DNA from: Flavobacteriales bacterium
GTDB lineage: Bacteria; Bacteroidota; Bacteroidia; Flavobacteriales_F; PHOS-HE28
Direction of reading: 5' to 3'
Assembly (NCBI GenBank): GCA_041691695.1
Contig: JBEPUG010000001.1
Span: 23,922-87,921 of the forward strand
DNA: 64,000 nt
Shown here: piece after piece, positions 37,452 to 45,952 of the stretch
How positions within the stretch are numbered: position 1 is the stretch's first letter
How the letters are laid out: the number at the start of each line of letters is the position of its first letter
Program-made: the position numbers and the translations under genes
The notes under the pieces: model-generated
What the model saw: only the letters and a program-made list of their open reading frames with translations
What the model was told of the DNA's origin: nothing
Databases searched by the model: none

Positions 37452-37949
37452 ATGCTCATGAAAAAAATCATCACCTCCCTCGCCCTCGCCCTGCCCCTTA
37501 TGCTCGCCGCACAGACCGGCAAGGTCCCCTCGGTGACCGTGCAGACACTCACCGGACAGAAGGTGAATACCAACACATGGTCCAACAACGGGAAGCCCAT
37601 GATCATCGACTTCTGGGCAACATGGTGCGCTCCCTGCAAGCTCGAGCTCAACAACATCAATGACGTTTATCCCGATTGGCAGAAGCAGACCGGCGTGAAG
37701 CTGATCGCCGTGAGCATCGACGATCCCCGCAGCATGAACCGCGTGGCCCCTTACGTGAATGGACAAGCTTGGGATTATGAGGTGTACCTCGATCCCAATG
37801 GAGATCTCAAGCGCGCTCTGAACGTCAACAACGTTCCGCACACCTTTCTGGTCGACGGCAAAGGCAATATCGTTTGGCAGCACAACAACTACGAGCCTGG
37901 CGATGAGAACGAGTTGTATGAGCAAGTGAAGAAGCTCGTGGGAAAGTGA
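37452..37949 (+). CDS. TlpA-like periplasmic thiol:disulfide oxidoreductase (redoxin family)
   Basis: The signal peptide is MLMKKIITSLALALPLMLAA. The active site is IIDFWATWCAPCKLE, with NVPHTFLVDGKGNIV also present. The start is at 37452 or 37458. Confidence 0.85.
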   Translation: MLMKKIITSLALALPLMLAAQTGKVPSVTVQTLTGQKVNTNTWSNNGKPMIIDFWATWCAPCKLELNNINDVYPDWQKQTGVKLIAVSIDDPRSMNRVAPYVNGQAWDYEVYLDPNGDLKRALNVNNVPHTFLVDGKGNIVWQHNNYEPGDENELYEQVKKLVGK

Positions 37950-38075
37950 AGGTTGAGCTACGTGAAGTATGGGAGGTGATGGAGGTAAGGACAGTAAGGG
38001 AGTCACTGCCGACTACCCATTGCCTCTGTAGACTTAAACTGCCGACTGTAAGCAGCAGGACTCCAAGACTCCTGG
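37950..38075. repeat. Intergenic simple-sequence island D (GGTGATGGAGG-type arm followed by ACTGCCGACT direct repeats)
   Basis: The left arm reads GTGAAGGTTGAGCTACGTGAAGTATGGGAGGTGATGGAGGTAAGGACAGTAAGGGAG. ACTGCCGACT then occurs at 38005-38014 and 38038-38047. Confidence 0.5.
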
Positions 38076-38233
38076 ATCAACGATCGAACACAAAGGCACC
38101 GGCACTGCTCAGGCGCTGTAAATTGGCACCACTTCTATAAGGCAGTTCGCAGCGCTTGCACGACCATTGGCCTTCTATTGTACACTGAACCCGATCGTCA
38201 CTTCAGCCATTACAGGATCACCACCGGTATCAC

Positions 38234-39904
38234 ATGCATCCACGGATACGCCTCGCCACCACACTGTCCGCGTTCATCGCAGCCCTCGGCCTTTTCGCCC
38301 AAGATGGCGGCCAGATCCACGGCAACTTCAGCACCGATGGGCAGCTTTATCAGGCTGACGATCAGATCGGTGCCATAAAACCTCCCGCTGACTTCGGACT
38401 GAACGCATGGAGTAATTTGAATTATCGCTCCGGAAACTTCCAAGCGGGGGTACGTTTCGAGACCTATCTGCCAGCACTGCTCGGATATCCTGCCGGTTCG
38501 CCTTACAAGGGGACGGGACTAGGCTACCGCTATGCCACCTACACCGCGAACGACCTGGAGGTGACCGTGGGCAATTTCTACGAACAATTCGGCCAAGGTC
38601 TTGCCTTCCGCAGCTATGAGGAACGCTCCCTCGGCGTGGACAATGCCATGGACGGCGTACGCCTGAAATTCAACCCGGACACCGGTATCTACCTCAAGGC
38701 CTTCATCGGGAAGCAGCGCTTTGCCTTCGATAACGGATTTGTCGATGGCACTGGCATTGTCCGTGGCATCGACGGCGAGGTCTCCCTCACCGAGGCCTTT
38801 CCGCACCTCTTTCCGAAGTGGGTGGAGAAGGGCCATTTTCTCACTGTCGGCGGCAGCTTCGTCTCCAAGTTCCAGGCCGACCTGGATCCCCTGTTGGAAC
38901 TCCCGGAAAACGTCGGTACGTGGGCGGCTCGCGCCAATTACACCACGGCGAAATGGAATCTATACAGCGAGTATGCCTATAAGATAAACGACCCAAATGG
39001 CAGCAACCACTTCATCTACAAACCGGGTCAAGCCCTGATGGCCAATGCCACCTACAGCGTGCGCGGGCTCGGCATCAGCGCAGGCGCACACACCTATGAC
39101 AACATGGTGTTCCAAAGCGATCGCGGCGCGCCTAGCCCATTCGACCTCAACATCAACTTCCTCCCCACCCTTACCACGCAGAGCACCTACAACCTGCCTG
39201 CGACGCTTTACCCCTACGCCACGCAGCCCAATGGTGAAGTTGCTTATCAGGGTGAGATCTTCTATAAGATCAAGCGGGGTTCCAAGCTGGGCGGGAAATA
39301 CGGCACCAAGCTCACCTTGAACTGGAGCGGGTCTTGGAGCTTGGACAGCACTGCCATCCCGAACGACACCATTCATTATCTCGGGTATACCACGAAATTC
39401 TTCGCCAGGGGCAACCGCCAATACTATAGCGATATCAACGCGGAGGTTCGTCACAAATTCAACGACAAGTGGGAACTCGCCTTCACCTACATGAACCTCG
39501 TCTATGACATCGCGACCATCCAAGGACATCCCGGATTGCCGGTGGTGTATGCCAACGTCTACATCCTGGACGGGATATACAGTTTCAACGAAAAGACCTC
39601 GCTGCACTTTGAGCTGCAGCAGCTTTCCACCAAGCAGGACCAAGGGGATTGGGCAACGGGATTGGCGGAACTCACCTTCAGCCCGCACTGGTTCGTGGCC
39701 GCATTGGACCAATTCAACTATGGCGGCCCGGTGACGACCGAACAGATCCAATACCCCATCGGCACCTTCGGCTACATCCGCGGCGGTTCCCGCTTTTCCT
39801 TCAGCTACGGCCGCCAGCGCGCGGGCATCTTCTGCGTGGGCGGCGTCTGCCGCGTGGTACCGGCCGCCAATGGCCTCACCGCCTCCATCACCACAACCTT
39901 CTAA
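38234..39904 (+). CDS. Predicted outer-membrane beta-barrel protein (resembles the Bacteroidota family usually annotated DUF6029)
   Basis: It has a signal peptide (LSAFIAALGLFAQ) and an alternating beta-strand pattern throughout. The C-terminus is aromatic (ASITTTF). Recognition of the N-terminal GNFSTDGQLYQ, LNYRSGNFQAGVRFE and NFYEQFGQGLAFRSYE pattern is from memory only. Confidence 0.6.
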   Translation: MHPRIRLATTLSAFIAALGLFAQDGGQIHGNFSTDGQLYQADDQIGAIKPPADFGLNAWSNLNYRSGNFQAGVRFETYLPALLGYPAGSPYKGTGLGYRYATYTANDLEVTVGNFYEQFGQGLAFRSYEERSLGVDNAMDGVRLKFNPDTGIYLKAFIGKQRFAFDNGFVDGTGIVRGIDGEVSLTEAFPHLFPKWVEKGHFLTVGGSFVSKFQADLDPLLELPENVGTWAARANYTTAKWNLYSEYAYKINDPNGSNHFIYKPGQALMANATYSVRGLGISAGAHTYDNMVFQSDRGAPSPFDLNINFLPTLTTQSTYNLPATLYPYATQPNGEVAYQGEIFYKIKRGSKLGGKYGTKLTLNWSGSWSLDSTAIPNDTIHYLGYTTKFFARGNRQYYSDINAEVRHKFNDKWELAFTYMNLVYDIATIQGHPGLPVVYANVYILDGIYSFNEKTSLHFELQQLSTKQDQGDWATGLAELTFSPHWFVAALDQFNYGGPVTTEQIQYPIGTFGYIRGGSRFSFSYGRQRAGIFCVGGVCRVVPAANGLTASITTTF

Positions 39905-39919
39905 CCTCCCGAGACCGGG

Positions 39920-40810
39920 ATGAAAAACATGCGCACTCTGATCACCTTCCTGCTGGCACTCGCTCTCCTCTCGGGTTGCGACATCATCGACATGCCCCAG
40001 AACGACAACGCGCACCCCGTGAATCCGGTCACTGGCCTTACACGCCGGGTGTTGCTCGAGGATTGCACCGGAGCGCGTTGCCCGAACTGCCCAACTGCTG
40101 CGGATCTAGCGGAGAGCATTCAGAACTTTTACAATACGAATGAGGAACGCGTGATCGTGGTGGACATCAATATGGTTGCCCAATTCTCCGCTCCGCTGGC
40201 ACCAGATTACACCACCGACTTCCGTACACCCGCCGGAGATGAATACGCTACACATTACAACTTATCCGTTATCGGATTGCCAAGTGGATTGATCAATCGC
40301 ATGCCATACGGGGGCGTGGTTCCTCAAGGGGCTGGTAGTTGGAGCAGTGCCGTGGCAGCGGTGATCGACCTGCCACCGGATATGGATGTTTGGTTCGACA
40401 GCTTCAACTTCAATAGTGCCACGAATGTGGTCACCACCACCGTGAAGGTGGCGGTGATCAATGCGATCAACGGTCCGCACAACCTTACGGTCTACCTCAC
40501 GGAAGACCACGTTATTGACTGGCAAGAAGATGTCCGTTTACCACTAGGCCAGCAAAACGTGCCCGACTATGACCACCGCCATGTATTGCGGGACAACCTC
40601 AACGGCACTTGGGGCGATGTGATAATCCCGACCAGTGCCCAGCCCGGAGATACGCTCTCGGAGTCCTTCACGTATACGCTGCCTCCGGCAGGTGCGATCA
40701 ACCATGTGATCAATACCGCGAACTGCTCGCTCGTGGCATACGTGTATAGCACCAGCGGTGCCGACGCGGATGAGGTAAAGCAGGTGGCCGAGCGCAAGTT
40801 CGTACCGTAA
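39920..40810 (+). CDS. Omp28-related outer-membrane lipoprotein with a thioredoxin-like CxxC region
   Basis: The lipobox is LALALLSGC. VLLEDCTGARCPNCP resembles the E-x-FTG-x-x-C-x-x-CP signature of the Omp28 family. The gene starts 15 nt after the barrel gene. Confidence 0.6.
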   Translation: MKNMRTLITFLLALALLSGCDIIDMPQNDNAHPVNPVTGLTRRVLLEDCTGARCPNCPTAADLAESIQNFYNTNEERVIVVDINMVAQFSAPLAPDYTTDFRTPAGDEYATHYNLSVIGLPSGLINRMPYGGVVPQGAGSWSSAVAAVIDLPPDMDVWFDSFNFNSATNVVTTTVKVAVINAINGPHNLTVYLTEDHVIDWQEDVRLPLGQQNVPDYDHRHVLRDNLNGTWGDVIIPTSAQPGDTLSESFTYTLPPAGAINHVINTANCSLVAYVYSTSGADADEVKQVAERKFVP

Positions 40811-40934
40811 ACGATACTTGGCGAAAGCTGAACATACCGATCCGACAGCGGCGACGTTAAACGCTGAATATCCCGGGTTCATCGACTCGTTACAAGTTGT
40901 CAACTATCCTTTGAGGTTCTTTCCAAACCTTTCC

Positions 40935-40946
40935 GATAGATCTATC
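40935..40946. promoter_or_regulatory. Perfect 12-nt palindrome GATAGATCTATC upstream of a small ORF
   Basis: Read directly from the sequence. It lies 46 nt upstream of the ATG at 40992. Confidence 0.2.
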
Positions 40947-40991
40947 TTCATCCCAGAATTGAGGCCTGCAAGCCGCATAAAACGGATCGCG

Positions 40992-41207
40992 ATGAAGGAA
41001 CAAGGGAGAAAGATGCTGGAGCTCAGCCAGCAGGTATTGCAGAAGGTCAGCTTCGACCCACGTCTGTTCCACAAAGAACTGGTGAAGGCCACACGCTGGG
41101 TAGGAGACCGCGATCAACTCTTGCTCAAGGCCTGGTGCCTCGCCACCTTTGGCCACATGTACAAGGATGTGATCATGGAGGTCTTCAAGCGGGGCATGCG
41201 CGCGTGA
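40992..41207 (+). CDS. Small hypothetical protein (71 aa)
   Basis: The ATG at 40992 gives MKEQGRKMLELSQQVLQKVSFDPRLFHKELVKATRWV. Codon usage resembles neighbouring genes, but I did not recognise any family. Confidence 0.4.
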   Translation: MKEQGRKMLELSQQVLQKVSFDPRLFHKELVKATRWVGDRDQLLLKAWCLATFGHMYKDVIMEVFKRGMRA

Positions 41208-41390
41208 GTTTGCCGCAGAGTCGCTGAGAAAATGCAGGTTGGGATCGGTGATCGGACGTGCTCGGTTCAAAGCCTTAAGAGGTAAGATTCCAGCCACAAG
41301 CCTGCGACGCACAGCTTGCGGTTTGAAGCTTATGGCTCATCATCCAAGACTCGAATTCCTCTGTTTCTCTGTGACCTATCCGCGCCCGGA

Positions 41391-41460
41391 TCAAGACCCG
41401 ATCACCTCTGTGTCGCCATGACCCGGTGGTGTATCCCCTCCCTTTCCTCCCTCTCCACTC
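41391..41460. repeat. Purine-rich simple-sequence island G forming the 3' tail of queG
   Basis: The minus-strand sense reads AGTGGAGAGGGAGGAAAGGGAGGGGATACACCACCGGGTCATGGCGACACAGAGGTGATCGGGTCTTGA. It is translated as SGEGGKGGDTPPGHGDTEVIGS. Confidence 0.45.
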
Positions 41461-42371
41461 AAGTACCTCAAGTTCCTCTTCAGTCCTTCATATTTCGTGC
41501 GTTTCACGGGGCTTCCTTGGAACAGTTCCTCGAAGAGTAGCTCCGTCATACCGTGCCAATCGTCCGCTGAAAGGTCCATTAGTTCCTGCTTGGGTAGGAA
41601 GTCCCTTTCATTGTGCGGCTTGCTGAACCGGTTCCAAGGACAGACCTGCTGACATATATCGCAGCCAAAGGTCCAGTTACGGAAGTCACCCGCACCCGTT
41701 GGAATTGCATCCTTTAGTTCGATCGTGAAATAGCTGATGCACTTGCTCCCATTCACGCCATAAGATGTGATCGCATCGGTAGGGCATGCATCGATACACC
41801 GGCGGCAGCTGCCGCAATGGTCGGTGGCCGGTGCGTCCGGTATAAGTTCAAGGTCGAGGATGATCTCGCAGAGAAAGAAGAACGAGCCTTTGCCTTGGCG
41901 GATCACATTGGTATGCTTGCCGCGCCAGCCTATACCCGCTTTCTGCGCCCACGCTTTCTCGAGCACTGGCGCACTGTCCGTGAAGCAGCGCATGTCCACA
42001 TCACCGAACTGTTCCGTGATGAACTGCATCAACGGCTTCAGCCGCTGCTTCACCACCTTGTGATAATCACGGCCGTAGGCATACGTGCTCAGCTTGGGCG
42101 CGTCGGGGTCCGTCTGCTTGTTTGGCGTGAAATAATTATAGGCCAAACTGATCACACTCTTTGCACCGGGTACCAGTTTGCGTGGGTCCAAGCGCAGGTC
42201 GAAGTGGTTGGCCATGTAGCCCATCTCACCCTGCTTCCCCTCGCGTAACCACTGCTCCAATCGCGGAGCTTCTTCCTCAAGGAAACCGGCCCGCGCAATA
42301 CCGCAGGCCAAAAAGCCCAGCTCGTGCGCCTTCGCCTTGATGCGTGTCGCGCTATCCATGGGATCGGTCAT
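41391..42371 (-). CDS. queG: Epoxyqueuosine reductase
   Basis: GYMANHFDLRLDPRKLVPGAKSVISLAYNY, plus the 4Fe-4S motifs CGSCRRCIDACPTDAI and CDICQQVCPWN. The start is uncertain: ATG at 42371 or 42359, or a GTG at 42410 overlapping the ruvB stop. The last 20 or so codons form a low-complexity tail. Confidence 0.88.
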   Translation of the reverse strand: MTDPMDSATRIKAKAHELGFLACGIARAGFLEEEAPRLEQWLREGKQGEMGYMANHFDLRLDPRKLVPGAKSVISLAYNYFTPNKQTDPDAPKLSTYAYGRDYHKVVKQRLKPLMQFITEQFGDVDMRCFTDSAPVLEKAWAQKAGIGWRGKHTNVIRQGKGSFFFLCEIILDLELIPDAPATDHCGSCRRCIDACPTDAITSYGVNGSKCISYFTIELKDAIPTGAGDFRNWTFGCDICQQVCPWNRFSKPHNERDFLPKQELMDLSADDWHGMTELLFEELFQGSPVKRTKYEGLKRNLRYLSGEGGKGGDTPPGHGDTEVIGS

Positions 42372-42406
42372 TCGCAAAAGATAGTACCCGCCACCGATGA
42401 GGCCCT

Positions 42407-43432
42407 TCACTCGAAGAGACTGCCGGGCTTGGCCACGGGCGCACGCCCGAGATGCCTGTATGCCCTCTCCGTCGCTTGTCGTCCGCGCGGGGTGCGCATG
42501 ATGTAGCCTTCCATAATGAGGAACGGTTCGTAGACCTCTTCGATGGTGCCGCTCTCCTCACCTACTGCGGTGGCCACCGTGTTAAGGCCGACCGGCCCGC
42601 CACTGAACTTATCGATGATGCAGAGCAGGATACGGTTGTCCATCTCATCCAAGCCGTGCGCATCCACGTTGAGCGCCTCCAAGGCATACTTCGCGATGGC
42701 CATATCGATGCTTCCGTCACCCTTGATCTGCGCGAAGTCCCGCACCCGGCGCAGGAGCGCGTTCGCGATACGTGGAGTTCCACGACTGCGCCGCGCTACT
42801 TCATCCGCAGCAGCCTTCACTATGGGCACGTCCAGCAGACTAGCCGAGCGGTTCAAGATCCCTGTAAGCGTGGGAGCATCGTAATAGTCGAGACGGCTGT
42901 TGATGCCGAAGCGCGCACGCAACGGAGCCGTGAGAAGTCCGCTGCGGGTGGTAGCGCCCACGAGCGTGAACGGATTCAGATTGATCTGCACCGTGCGCGC
43001 ATTGGGACCCGCGTCGATCACAAGGTCGATCCGGTAGTCCTCCATAGCGCTATAGAGGTATTCCTCGATCACCGGCGTGAGGCGATGGATCTCGTCGATG
43101 AAGAGCACGTCGTGTGGCTCCAGATTGGTGAGAAGTCCTGCGAGGTCGGCCGGCTTGTCCAACACAGGCCCACTGGTGATGCGGATGCCGACGCCCATCT
43201 CCTGCGCAATGATGTTCGCCAACGTGGTCTTCCCCAATCCGGGCGGCCCATGCAGCAGCACATGGTCCAAGGCCTCACCACGCAGTTTTGCGGCCTGCAC
43301 GAAGACCTTCAAATTATCGGTGACCGCCTTCTGTCCGGCGAACTCCTCGAAACGGCGTGGGCGCAGCACCTGCTCCATCTCCTTGTCGGAGGCGGAGTGC
43401 TGCTCATTTCGGACGTCGAATGGATCAGGCAT
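42407..43432 (-). CDS. ruvB: Holliday junction DNA helicase RuvB
   Basis: The ATG is at 43432 ([10 protein letters not shown]). Walker A is [18 protein letters not shown], Walker B is LFIDEIHRL, and [17 protein letters not shown] is also present. Confidence 0.95.
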   Translation of the reverse strand: MPDPFDVRNEQHSASDKEMEQVLRPRRFEEFAGQKAVTDNLKVFVQAAKLRGEALDHVLLHGPPGLGKTTLANIIAQEMGVGIRITSGPVLDKPADLAGLLTNLEPHDVLFIDEIHRLTPVIEEYLYSAMEDYRIDLVIDAGPNARTVQINLNPFTLVGATTRSGLLTAPLRARFGINSRLDYYDAPTLTGILNRSASLLDVPIVKAAADEVARRSRGTPRIANALLRRVRDFAQIKGDGSIDMAIAKYALEALNVDAHGLDEMDNRILLCIIDKFSGGPVGLNTVATAVGEESGTIEEVYEPFLIMEGYIMRTPRGRQATERAYRHLGRAPVAKPGSLFE

Positions 43433-43457
43433 GGAATGCTTCAAAGGTAGGGGTGGC

Positions 43458-44114
43458 CTATCGCTGAATGTCCTGCCACAGGTCGCCGAAAAAGACCTTG
43501 ATGCCGTACAGATAGATCGGTGCTGTAAGGCGCTCATCCAGGTTCACACGGGTGAATACGAGACGATAGCCCCAGCCCGCGCTAACGCCGAAGTATTTCA
43601 GGAAGCGGTATTGAACGGTCATTGACGGCTCATAGAGGAAGACGAAGGCGTTTTCCAATTTCTGCTTTTGGCCTTCTGTGTCCTCATAGACCAGCGCACC
43701 ATCGCCAAAACCCAGTTGTACGGGGATCCGCACTTCCCAATGCTTGCGCTCGTAAAAGGCGTATTCCATGTAAGGCGTGACATATCCGAAACGCAATTTG
43801 GTCAGCACCTCCCCTTGCCCTTCAACGAAGCGCACTTGTGTGATCGGCGTGTTGAGAAAGGTGTAACCGATGCCGTACTGGAAACGACCTGCGTGCTCCA
43901 GGCCCACCTTCACACCCACCATCTTCACGTTCACATTGCTGATGAAGGATCCGCGCGAATCCAGCTTCACCACCAGCTTCGGCCGCTGCTGCGTGAAGAG
44001 CCGAATGCTATCCAACAGTTGTGCCTTTGCGGAAAACGCGCAGAGGATGCAACAGAGGAGAAGGGACCGTTTGACCACGTTGAAATAAAATGTCCGCACC
44101 AAAAGTGCGGACAT
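43458..44114 (-). CDS. Hypothetical secreted/outer-membrane beta-rich protein
   Basis: The ATG is at 44114, with a signal peptide ([15 protein letters not shown]) and a beta-strand-like alternating pattern. I did not recognise any family. Confidence 0.5.
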   Translation of the reverse strand: MSALLVRTFYFNVVKRSLLLCCILCAFSAKAQLLDSIRLFTQQRPKLVVKLDSRGSFISNVNVKMVGVKVGLEHAGRFQYGIGYTFLNTPITQVRFVEGQGEVLTKLRFGYVTPYMEYAFYERKHWEVRIPVQLGFGDGALVYEDTEGQKQKLENAFVFLYEPSMTVQYRFLKYFGVSAGWGYRLVFTRVNLDERLTAPIYLYGIKVFFGDLWQDIQR

Positions 44115-44142
44115 TCCCACGATGATCGCCGAGGCAGCGGAA

Positions 44143-45948
44143 CTAGTTCTCCTCCTCACCCTCTTCCAAAGGGACGTTCTGCGGCACGTAGTCCTCCAGC
44201 TTTCCGGGCTTGCTGTAATCATACGGCCAGCGGTAAACGGTTGGGATGGGGCCGGGCCAGTTGCCATGCATCTGCTTCATTGGAGCGGTCCATTCCAAAG
44301 TGTTGCTATGCCAAGGGTTTTCCGGGGCCTTCTGACCGCGCCATATGCTGTAGAAGAAATTGTACGTGAAGACCACTTGCACCGCCCCACCGACAAGTGC
44401 GAACATGGTGATCAGCACGTTCAGGTCCATTACACCGCCTTGGAACATGGGGAACTCGGTGTATTCGTAGTAACGGCGGGGGCCACCGGCCAATCCCACA
44501 TAGTGCATGGGGATGAAGACGCCATAAGCGCAGATCAGGGTGACCCAGAAGTGCAGGTAGCCGAGCTTTGTGTTCATCATTCGGCCGAACAGCCGCGGGA
44601 ACCAATGATAGACGCCGGCCAACATGGCGAAGATGGCGCTCACTCCCATCACCATGTGGAAGTGGGCGATCACGAAGTAGGTATCGTGCACCTGTATATC
44701 CAAGGCGCTATTCGCGAGTATGATGCCGGTGAGACCACCTGCTATAAAGGTGGACACCATGCCAATGCTGAAAAGCATAGCCGGTGAAAAAATGATGTTC
44801 CCTCCCCACAGTGTAGCGATATAGTTGAACACCTTCACCGCACTCGGTATGGCGATCAACATCGTGGTGAACACGAAGACGGAGCCGAGGAAGGGATTCA
44901 TGCCAGTGATGAACATGTGGTGGCCCCAGACGAGGAAGCTGAGGAAGGAGATCGCCATGAGTGAACCGATCATGGCCCGATAGCCGAAGATGGGTTTGCG
45001 GCTCATGGTGGAGATCACCTCGGAGCTGATACCGAAGGCAGGCAAGATCACGATGTACACCTCTGGGTGGCCAAGGAACCAGAACAAGTGCTGATAGAGG
45101 ATCGGACTGCCGCCCATGTGGTCCAACGCCTCACCTGCGATGTGGATCTCGCTGAGGTAGAAGCTCGTACCCAGCATGCGGTCCATGATCAGCAAGGCCA
45201 CTGCGCTCACCAGCACAGGGAAGGCCAATACACCGAGTATGGCGGTAAGTAGGAATGCCCAAATGGTCAATGGCAGGCGCGTCATTCGCATACCCTTGGT
45301 GCGCAGGTTCAGCACCGTCACGATATAGTTGAGGCTGCCCATCAGCGAACCCGCGATGAAGAGCACCATACTGAAGAGCCACAGGGTCATGCCCGTGCCG
45401 GAGCCGGGAATAGCTTGGGGCAGTGCACTCAGCGGCGGGTAGACCGTCCAACCTCCGGCAGCGGGTCCGCTTTCCACAAAGAGGGAGGAAAGCATCACGA
45501 TGGTCGCCGCGAGGAAGAACCAAAAGGAAAGCATGTTGATGAAGCCGCTCGCCATGTCACGCGCGCCCACCTGGAAGGGTATAAGCAGATTGCTGAATGT
45601 TCCCGAAAGACCACCGGTCAATACGAAGAACACCATGATGGTACCGTGGATAGTGACCAGCGCGAGATACATGGTGGAACTGAGCACACCATTGGGGGCC
45701 CACTTATCACCAAGAAAGAAGTGGGTGAAGGCGAAGCTCTCACCGGGAAAGGCGATCTGCAGGCGGAAGATCATGGACATGATCATGGCCACCCAGGCCA
45801 TGATGATGGCGGTGATCAGGAACTGCTTACTGATCATCTTATGGTCCTGCGAGAAGATGTACTTCGAGATGAAGCTCTCCTTGTGGTGATGATGCTCCGC
45901 GTGGGCGTGGCCGCTATCGGCCGCCGACGGATGGGCTACGGCGCTCAT
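44143..45948 (-). CDS. ctaD: Cytochrome c oxidase subunit I
   Basis: HLFWFLGHPEVYIVILPAFG, WGHHMFITGMNP and VIAHFHMVMG. The protein is 601 aa and polytopic. Confidence 0.95.
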   Translation of the reverse strand: MSAVAHPSAADSGHAHAEHHHHKESFISKYIFSQDHKMISKQFLITAIIMAWVAMIMSMIFRLQIAFPGESFAFTHFFLGDKWAPNGVLSSTMYLALVTIHGTIMVFFVLTGGLSGTFSNLLIPFQVGARDMASGFINMLSFWFFLAATIVMLSSLFVESGPAAGGWTVYPPLSALPQAIPGSGTGMTLWLFSMVLFIAGSLMGSLNYIVTVLNLRTKGMRMTRLPLTIWAFLLTAILGVLAFPVLVSAVALLIMDRMLGTSFYLSEIHIAGEALDHMGGSPILYQHLFWFLGHPEVYIVILPAFGISSEVISTMSRKPIFGYRAMIGSLMAISFLSFLVWGHHMFITGMNPFLGSVFVFTTMLIAIPSAVKVFNYIATLWGGNIIFSPAMLFSIGMVSTFIAGGLTGIILANSALDIQVHDTYFVIAHFHMVMGVSAIFAMLAGVYHWFPRLFGRMMNTKLGYLHFWVTLICAYGVFIPMHYVGLAGGPRRYYEYTEFPMFQGGVMDLNVLITMFALVGGAVQVVFTYNFFYSIWRGQKAPENPWHSNTLEWTAPMKQMHGNWPGPIPTVYRWPYDYSKPGKLEDYVPQNVPLEEGEEEN

Positions 45949-45952
45949 GGTC

